A stretch of 32,000 nucleotides of DNA from Crocosphaera subtropica ATCC 51142. Its GTDB lineage: Bacteria; Cyanobacteriota; Cyanobacteriia; Cyanobacteriales; Microcystaceae. This document shows positions 26,955 through 32,000 of the stretch, one piece after another. Position numbers and translations under genes: made by a program. The DNA lies in the NCBI RefSeq assembly GCF_000017845.1, contig NC_010546.1, positions 3,480,001 to 3,512,000 of the forward strand, written 5' to 3'. The notes beneath the pieces are model-generated. The model saw nothing but the letters and a program-made list of their open reading frames with translations. It searched no databases and was not told where the DNA came from. Each line of letters opens with the position of its first letter. The first letter of the stretch is position 1.

Positions 26955-27542
26955 TTAATCTGGGATAAACACCCCATACATTCCCCTTAAATCTCCTGGT
27001 TTAAAATCATAAGCTAAATCTTGGGGATATTTTTCTTGTACAAATTTGGGTCGAGAATTTTTTGTACCATGACAAGCTAAACAACTCCCTTCCACATTAA
27101 TCCGTCGATAATAAGCGGTTCCTTTTTCTCCCTTCATCGTTTCTCGTTGCCAAAACCCCATTAACTTTGGATTTTCCTCAAATTTTGCTAAGGCTATTTT
27201 TTCGGTTAAATTATTAGGAGAATGGGAAGGATTGCGATATTTTTTAGCAATTTGTCTGACTTGCCAGCCATTTTCTTCACTGAGTTGTTTTGCCCTCATT
27301 CCAACTGGTTGACACACTTGTTTAAAGGTTTCTAAATTAGGGGTTTCTGGCTGATCTTTTAAAGTTGAAGCTAACTGCGATCTCATCCTATCAAGTGCTT
27401 CAATTTCTTGAACCGCTTTCGTTAATTGATTGGGATCAGTTTCAGCATTGGCTACAGTAGTATTCCCTATAATTAGTAACAGTATTAGAGGAAAAACAAT
27501 TAACATCAAACCCAAAAACTTGAAAATCTTTTGATGATACAT
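26955..27542 (-). CDS. Tll0287-like (formerly DUF3365) secreted c-type heme protein
   Basis: A Sec signal peptide ends in VANA|E. There is a single CxxCH heme c site (C154-L-A-C157-H158) in the family-typical context CLACHG...P.....YP.D.A..FKPGDLRG. One further Cys (Cys77, VCQPVG) could supply a Cys axial ligand. Confidence 0.65.
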   Translation of the reverse strand: MYHQKIFKFLGLMLIVFPLILLLIIGNTTVANAETDPNQLTKAVQEIEALDRMRSQLASTLKDQPETPNLETFKQVCQPVGMRAKQLSEENGWQVRQIAKKYRNPSHSPNNLTEKIALAKFEENPKLMGFWQRETMKGEKGTAYYRRINVEGSCLACHGTKNSRPKFVQEKYPQDLAYDFKPGDLRGMYGVFIPD

Positions 27543-27562
27543 AATTCAATTTTCTCCTAACT

Positions 27563-27949
27563 TTATTCTGATTTATTTCCCGTTACATTAGGATAGTCTA
27601 ACTGCCACCATTGACTCATTCCTCCTGTGACATTCAAGACCTGAGTAAAGCCCATTTTTAGTAAAGAATTAGCAGCAATGGGACTTCTATGAGCCGTTAA
27701 ACAAATAACAGCAATAGGTTTATCTTTTGGTAAATCTCGGAACCATTTCGGGACAATAAGCTGCCGTAAATAAGCATTTTGTGCCATTAAAATGCGAGGT
27801 AAACTAAGATTAATGGCTCCCTTGGCATGACCCCTAACATATTCAAATTGTGAACGAACATCAATCAATAAAGGAGAATTGGATAATTGATGAAAGTCTT
27901 GAGGAGAAATATTCGTCACCGATGGTTTTAAAGAAGTTGTTGCAGTCAT
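27563..27949 (-). CDS. Single-domain rhodanese (sulfurtransferase)
   Basis: The rhodanese fold motifs are LIDVRS..EY..GHA.GAINL and the active-site loop C83-L-T-A-H-R-S (CxxxxR[ST]). Confidence 0.75.
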   Translation of the reverse strand: MTATTSLKPSVTNISPQDFHQLSNSPLLIDVRSQFEYVRGHAKGAINLSLPRILMAQNAYLRQLIVPKWFRDLPKDKPIAVICLTAHRSPIAANSLLKMGFTQVLNVTGGMSQWWQLDYPNVTGNKSE

Positions 27950-28010
27950 ATTAATTATCCTTTTTCAAAGTTAACAAAAGTAGTTATTCAGAAGATAGAA
28001 AAATATTTTT

Positions 28011-28031
28011 CCCTCTCCTCCCACCCTCCCC
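28011..28031 (-). other. G-quadruplex-forming motif (G3+N1-7 x4) on the transcribed strand between the petC paralogue and the rhodanese gene
   Basis: The plus strand reads ccctctcctcccaccctcccc. The minus strand therefore reads GGGGaGGGtGGGaggagaGGG, four G3+ tracts with loops of 1, 1 and 6 nt. Confidence 0.5.
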
Positions 28032-28075
28032 ACTCTCACTCAACCGTAATATTGATACACTGATTGAAAATCTAA

Positions 28076-28609
28076 TTAAACCCACCAAGGGCGTTCACCC
28101 GTACGAGGATCGGTTTCAGTCCAAGGAGAAAGCCAAATGGCATCATCGATCACTGCGACATGAACCAGTTTTAAAGGACGGTTAGCGGGCCCCCGAACCA
28201 CGGAACCCTCCGCATCGTAACGGGAACCATGACAAGGACATTGGAATTGTTCGGCCGTCTCATTCCAAGGAAAGGTACAACCTAAATGAGTACAATTATC
28301 GACAATACCCCGTCCATCTAAGGTATTAGCATCAGTGACAATAAGATAAGTGGGTTCTCCAGCTAAACCAGCCACTAATGCACGGGTTTCCGGGGGATTT
28401 TCTAGAATTTGGGAGGCAGGAATGGGATTTCCTAGTTTATCTTTAGCCAATATTGCTCCTCCTTCTCCTGTTTCTTTGGGTGGAGTGAAGAATTTAGCCG
28501 CAGGATAAAGGGCCGATCCGGCAACTACTGCAACCGTCGATCCGGTTAAAAAGTTTAACAGTTGTCGTCTGGATAAGGAAGTTTGATCGAAAGAAAGGTT
28601 ATTGTCCAT
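28076..28609 (-). CDS. petC: Cytochrome b6f-type Rieske [2Fe-2S] protein paralogue (PetC2-like)
   Basis: A Tat-like RRQLLNFL motif and TM anchor are present. The Rieske boxes are CTHLGC and CPCHGS. The C-terminus PWTETDPRTGERPWW is typical of PetC. The position directly downstream of a D1' psbA is the basis for the PetC2 assignment. Confidence 0.8.
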   Translation of the reverse strand: MDNNLSFDQTSLSRRQLLNFLTGSTVAVVAGSALYPAAKFFTPPKETGEGGAILAKDKLGNPIPASQILENPPETRALVAGLAGEPTYLIVTDANTLDGRGIVDNCTHLGCTFPWNETAEQFQCPCHGSRYDAEGSVVRGPANRPLKLVHVAVIDDAIWLSPWTETDPRTGERPWWV

Positions 28610-28641
28610 GATGTTTTTTAAAGTGTAACGATAAGGAATGT

Positions 28642-28668
28642 GACCGATAGAAAAAGTGGCTATCGGTC
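28642..28668 (-). promoter_or_regulatory. Perfect 9-bp stem-loop in the psbA / petC-paralogue intercistronic spacer
   Basis: gaccgatag (28642-28650) pairs with ctatcggtc (28660-28668) around a 9-nt loop. The T-run (tattttt) lies on the plus-strand side only, so in the mRNA sense there is no U-tract after the stem. Confidence 0.55.
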
Positions 28669-28683
28669 TATTTTTAGGCAGAT

Positions 28684-29760
28684 TTAGCTATTTACTGCCA
28701 TAGCAATGGGTTGAGAGTCCCCTAACGCTAGATCAAGAGGAAAATTATGGGCGTTGCGTTCGTGCATCACTTCTATGCCGATGTTGGCACGGTTAATGAC
28801 ATCGGCCCAAGTATTGATCACTCGTCCTTGAGAATCGAGAACTGATCCGTTAAAGTTAAAGCCATTAAGGTTAAAGGCCATGGTGCTGATACCAATGGAA
28901 GCAAACCAAATTCCGATCACTGGCCAGGCAGCTAAGAAGAAGTGCAAGGAACGGGAATTGTTAAAACTGGCATATTGGAAGATTAATCGTCCGAAATAGC
29001 CATGAGCAGCCACTAAATTATAGGTTTCTTCTTCTTGTCCGAATTTATAACCTTGATTGGCTGATTGCGCTTCAGTGGTTTCTCGAATTAAACTAGAAGT
29101 CACTAACGATCCGTGCATGGACGCAAACAACGCACCGCCAAACACACCCGCAACCCCTAATTCATGGAATGGGTGCATCAAAATATTATGTTCGGCTTGG
29201 AAGACAATCATAAAATTGAATGTCCCTGAAATGCCCAACATTAAGCCGTCGGAAAAGCTTCCTTGTCCAATGGGATAAATTAAGAGAACGGCCGTTGCAG
29301 CAGCGACAGGGGCAGAAAAAGCAACAGGAATCCACGGGCGCATCCCTAAACGGTAGCTTAACTCCCATTCTCGCCCCATATAAGCAAAAATTCCAATTAA
29401 AAAGTGCAGCACAATTAATTGATACGGGCCGCCATTGTACAGCCATTCATCTAAGGTAGCTGCTTCCCAAAGGGGATAAAGATGCAAGCCAACGGCGGCA
29501 GAAGTCGGCACAACGGTGGCACTAATGATGTTATTGCCATATAACAAAGACCCAGAAACGGGTTCCCGAATGCCATCGAGATCCACAGGGGGCGCAGCAA
29601 TAAAGGCCAGAATAAAGACGATAGCAGCTACTAACCCCGTAGGAATTAATAAAACCCCAAACCAACCAATATATAGGCGATTTTCAGTGCTAGTAATCCA
29701 ATTACAGAACTTTGACCACAGATTACTCTGTCTGGATGACTCCAACGAAGAAATAGTCAT
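28684..29760 (-). CDS. psbA: Photosystem II D1 protein, D1' (low-oxygen / PsbA2-like) isoform
   Basis: This is a full-length D1 of 358 aa with one extra N-terminal residue. All Mn4CaO5 and TyrZ residues are present in context: Y161, D170, E189, H190, H332, E333, H337, D342 and A344. Isoform-marker substitutions, by alignment to canonical D1, are G80A (NIISA), Q130E (GREWE), C144P (PWIPV), F158L (AVLLIY), M172L/P173M (SDGLMLG) and A at 286 (WFAS). Confidence 0.9.
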   Translation of the reverse strand: MTISSLESSRQSNLWSKFCNWITSTENRLYIGWFGVLLIPTGLVAAIVFILAFIAAPPVDLDGIREPVSGSLLYGNNIISATVVPTSAAVGLHLYPLWEAATLDEWLYNGGPYQLIVLHFLIGIFAYMGREWELSYRLGMRPWIPVAFSAPVAAATAVLLIYPIGQGSFSDGLMLGISGTFNFMIVFQAEHNILMHPFHELGVAGVFGGALFASMHGSLVTSSLIRETTEAQSANQGYKFGQEEETYNLVAAHGYFGRLIFQYASFNNSRSLHFFLAAWPVIGIWFASIGISTMAFNLNGFNFNGSVLDSQGRVINTWADVINRANIGIEVMHERNAHNFPLDLALGDSQPIAMAVNS

Positions 29761-29818
29761 GGTTTAAATCCTCTTTGAGACAATTGTATTAGAAGGAATT
29801 TCTTAGCTTCTAATTCTA

Positions 29819-29834
29819 CTATACAACAGTATAG
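29819..29834. promoter_or_regulatory. Perfect 6-4-6 palindrome upstream of psbA (candidate operator or 5'UTR stem)
   Basis: The sequence is ctatac-aaca-gtatag at 29819-29834, 59-74 nt upstream of the psbA ATG. A second inverted repeat, tagaag-N11-cttcta, lies at 29790-29812. Confidence 0.4.
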
Positions 29835-29903
29835 CTAATTAGTTATACAATTTAATTAACTTTTGACAAAATGACTAAATAGTTATATTTTAAAAATAGG
29901 AAA

Positions 29904-29935
29904 GCGATCGCTTCAGTCTCAGGATCTGCGATCGC
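29904..29935. repeat. Two HIP1 octamers (GCGATCGC) 24 nt apart; HIP1 recurs throughout the window
   Basis: GCGATCGC occurs at 29904-29911 and 29928-29935. Other copies include 4105-4112, with more seen by eye in many genes. HIP1 over-representation is a cyanobacterial hallmark. Confidence 0.85.
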
Positions 29936-29971
29936 CTAACTTAAACAGAATTTTACTTGAGAGTAACCATA

Positions 29972-30499
29972 ATGAGACATCAACACCGCAGACAGAGACG
30001 TTTTAACCATTCTTCGACGGCAGCAACTTGTTTAGCCGTAATGGCCACAACAAATTTAGTTTCCCAACCCGTTTCCACTAGCAAGATTAACTTAGATGCT
30101 AGAACCCAACAGGCTATGATTGATGCTATCAATGATGAATATTATGCCCGTGCCTTGTATAATGCCATCATTGAGAAGTTTGGCCAGGTTCGTCCTTTTA
30201 TTAACATTGTTCAAGCTGAAAATCGCCATGTACAGCTATGGAATAAGTTATTTAACCAATATGGCTTACCCATTCCTGAAGATGCTTATGCTGGAAAAAT
30301 AGAAGCTCCTGACAGCCTCAAAACAGCCTGTCAGATGGGGGTTGAGGGAGAAATTGCCAATGTGCAAATGTACGATAAATTCCTGGAATTTGTCCAAGAA
30401 AGGGATTTAAGGGCTGCCTTTACACAACTGCGTGAAGTATCTCAAAACAGACACAAAGTCGCCTTTGAACGTTGTCTATCAAGGTTTTCGGACTTCTAA
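29972..30499 (+). CDS. DUF2202 ferritin-like (four-helix-bundle) domain protein with a basic, signal-like N-terminus
   Basis: The pattern is AINDEYYARALY ... FINIVQAENRHVQLWNKLF..YGLPIP ... GVEGEIANVQMYDKFL ... LREVSQNRHKVAFERC. This matches the two-lobed DUF2202 pattern (E...Y / ExxH repeated). I chose ATG 29972, because 29957 is a TTG. Confidence 0.6.
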   Translation: MRHQHRRQRRFNHSSTAATCLAVMATTNLVSQPVSTSKINLDARTQQAMIDAINDEYYARALYNAIIEKFGQVRPFINIVQAENRHVQLWNKLFNQYGLPIPEDAYAGKIEAPDSLKTACQMGVEGEIANVQMYDKFLEFVQERDLRAAFTQLREVSQNRHKVAFERCLSRFSDF

Positions 30500-31030
30500 A
30501 GCTAACCACTCCCACAACACAGTACGACATTGAAGACAAGTTAAATCTTTCAATAACTGATTAATTCCTTCGGAATGGTTGGGATAAGTTCTTCCCAACC
30601 ATTGATCACGGATAATGGTATGAGGGGAAATTTCTGCCACAAAACCATATAGTTTTTGATTGGAAAAAGAGCTATTAATGGCCCAACCTATGTGATTAAG
30701 AGGTGTTAATGTCAGAATATCTGAATGTAAGAGTCCTAGTTCTCGATGGAGTATTTCATAAGCATTAGCATGAAGACTTAACCCTTGAGTGACCCTTCCT
30801 CCAGCAAAATCAAGGGTTACTTCTTTAACCCCAGGACGATAGGACAAATTTGGTAAAATAAGCTGATTATTTTGAATAGTAATAATAATCAAAGAATCAG
30901 CTTTTTCGACTCGCCAATATTCTAAGATTTGTTGACGTTCATCTTCTAATTTTTCCCCGATGAAAGTTAGCCAAGGCGTATGAATTTCAATAAAACGTTC
31001 AAGGGTGTGCCAATGGGATTGCTCTTTCAT
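30479..31030 (-). CDS. Nudix-fold-like protein with a degenerate Nudix box
   Basis: The layout resembles ADP-ribose-pyrophosphatase-type Nudix proteins (W..LE......TPWL ... EYWRVEKADS ... SYRPGV....LDFAGGRV). The box region GGRVTQGLSLHANAYEILHRELGL lacks the catalytic REUxEE glutamates. Confidence 0.4.
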   Translation of the reverse strand: MKEQSHWHTLERFIEIHTPWLTFIGEKLEDERQQILEYWRVEKADSLIIITIQNNQLILPNLSYRPGVKEVTLDFAGGRVTQGLSLHANAYEILHRELGLLHSDILTLTPLNHIGWAINSSFSNQKLYGFVAEISPHTIIRDQWLGRTYPNHSEGINQLLKDLTCLQCRTVLWEWLALEVRKP

Positions 31031-31059
31031 GGTTCAATGATTTAGACTAAAGTATAAGT

Positions 31060-32000
31060 TTAATATCCCTCTCCTTCGTTAACAACCTTGCCCCGAAACA
31101 CCACATAATTATAGATATTATAAAACAACATGACTGGGATCAGAAAGCCGATAAAAATCAGCATAAAGACTAAAGCACTCGGAGCAGCAGCAGCTTGATA
31201 AATAGTGATTTCCGTGGGAATAATATAAGGAAAAACAATTAATCCTAACCCAATAAAACTCAATAAAAAGATAAGGATAGTCCAAATAAAAGGAGTGCTT
31301 TCTTCTCGTTGATTGAGACTTTGTAGAAGTAACCAAACTAACACCATCCCCAGAATCGGGATGGCAGCAAAAATATAAACCAAAGGCGCACTAAATAAGC
31401 GATCTCTGAGGCTTTCATAAAAAATTGGGGTGGTAATCGTAATTAAAATTGCCCCTAATAATGTGGTTATCCCTGCTAATTTAGCGGTTCGATAATGGGT
31501 GTTTTGTAGTTCTCCCTCTGTTTTCAAAATTAAGTAGGTTGAACCGATCAAGACATAACCCTGAATCAAGGTTAATGCCACCAATAGATTGCGCCAGTTT
31601 AACCAATCCCAGGTAGACCCGATAAAATGCCCCATTGCATCGACTTTGATTCCTTGAATCACCGTACCGAGAGCAAATCCTTGGCCTAAAGCGGCCAGAA
31701 AACTACCGATTCCAAAGGCAAAATTCCAAAATATCTTATTATTAGCCTGTTCTCGAAATTCAAAGGCAACTGCCCGAAAAATGAGGCCAAAAATCATGAT
31801 AAAAATGGGAATATACAGAGCATTGAGAATCGTCCCGTAAGCCAAAGGAAACGCCCCGAATAACCCGCCTCCCATCAAGACTAACCAAGTTTCGTTAGCA
31901 TCCCAGATATTCCCTAAACTGGTCATTAACAGGGTTCTTCGTTCTTCGTTAGAACTGGTGAGAGACAAGATACCGACTCCGAGATCAAAGCCATCTAACA
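31060..32000 (-). CDS. cydB: Cytochrome bd quinol oxidase subunit II (CydB); the N-terminus runs off the window
   Basis: The minus-strand frame stays open to base 32000 and there reads ..LDGFDLGVGILSL, the conserved CydB N-terminal motif. Downstream come GGGLFGAFPLAYGT..NALYIP and multiple TM helices. The track's start at 31968 is an internal TTG. Confidence 0.85.
   Translation of the reverse strand, partial: LDGFDLGVGILSLTSSNEERRTLLMTSLGNIWDANETWLVLMGGGLFGAFPLAYGTILNALYIPIFIMIFGLIFRAVAFEFREQANNKIFWNFAFGIGSFLAALGQGFALGTVIQGIKVDAMGHFIGSTWDWLNWRNLLVALTLIQGYVLIGSTYLILKTEGELQNTHYRTAKLAGITTLLGAILITITTPIFYESLRDRLFSAPLVYIFAAIPILGMVLVWLLLQSLNQREESTPFIWTILIFLLSFIGLGLIVFPYIIPTEITIYQAAAAPSALVFMLIFIGFLIPVMLFYNIYNYVVFRGKVVNEGEGY

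Noticed and set aside
28684-29760. This psbA might be a rogue/sentinel D1 or a ChlF (super-rogue, chlorophyll f synthase).
   Set aside because: Those classes lack OEC ligands. Here D170, E189, H332, E333, H337, D342 and A344, plus Y161/H190, are all present in canonical context. This fits D1' rather than rD1 or ChlF.
29057-29767. Four ORFs of 73-86 aa (29057-29278 +, 29186-29446 -, 29220-29459 +, 29516-29767 +) lie inside or antisense to psbA.
   Set aside because: All are nested within the strongly conserved D1 reading frame. Their translations are low-complexity and unrecognisable, so they are frame-shadow ORFs.
4008-29971. The ORF track gives longer N-terminal extensions for several genes (starts at 4008, 9525, 10016, 16381, 24548, 25621, 29957).
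   Set aside because: I checked four of these starts (9525, 24548, 25621, 29957) and they are TTG codons. The extensions at 4008 and 10016 overlap the preceding gene. In every case a downstream ATG gives the family-typical N-terminus. The shorter models are preferred, but the starts remain unverified.

Overview
This window looks like a chromosomal segment from an AT-rich, probably unicellular cyanobacterium. The evidence is many HIP1 octamers (GCGATCGC) and the genes psbA, psbI, ndhN, petC-like, ycf34, ftrC and glgA2. All product calls come from my reading of the ORF-track translations and recalled family motifs; no searches were run. I support about 36 protein-coding genes and found no rRNA, tRNA or CRISPR. 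From 1 to about 25.6 kb the content is mostly housekeeping or envelope genes: a type IV pilin, CCA-adding enzyme, Ycf34, a ZIP-like transporter with an inserted cNMP-binding domain, a HEAT-repeat protein, a serine hydrolase, a FIST protein, rpsP-KH-LpxB-related, an LptD-like protein, psbI (38 aa, missing from the ORF track), ndhN, glgA2, DUF309-ftrC, DUF389, a CDF transporter, a PabB/TrpE-family enzyme, msrP, a frameshifted GT39 glycosyltransferase coupled to dnaB, and a TIGR01777 oxidoreductase. The most interesting part is 25.6-32 kb. It groups a type I sulfide:quinone oxidoreductase with a minus-strand gene string: psbA (D1' microaerobic-type isoform), a PetC paralogue (alternative Rieske), a single-domain rhodanese and a Tll0287-like c-type heme protein. 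A DUF2202 ferritin-like gene lies divergent to psbA, and cydB (cytochrome bd oxidase) with a degenerate Nudix-like gene sits at the window edge. I interpret this as a candidate low-oxygen/sulfide electron-transport island. The individual parts are known families, but to my knowledge the combination has not been described as one unit. Other observations: a ~255-bp MITE-like palindromic element that fills the gap after msrP, a 14-bp inverted repeat bracketing another convergent gap, a G-quadruplex motif and a hairpin inside the psbA string, and palindromes in the psbA/DUF2202 divergent region.
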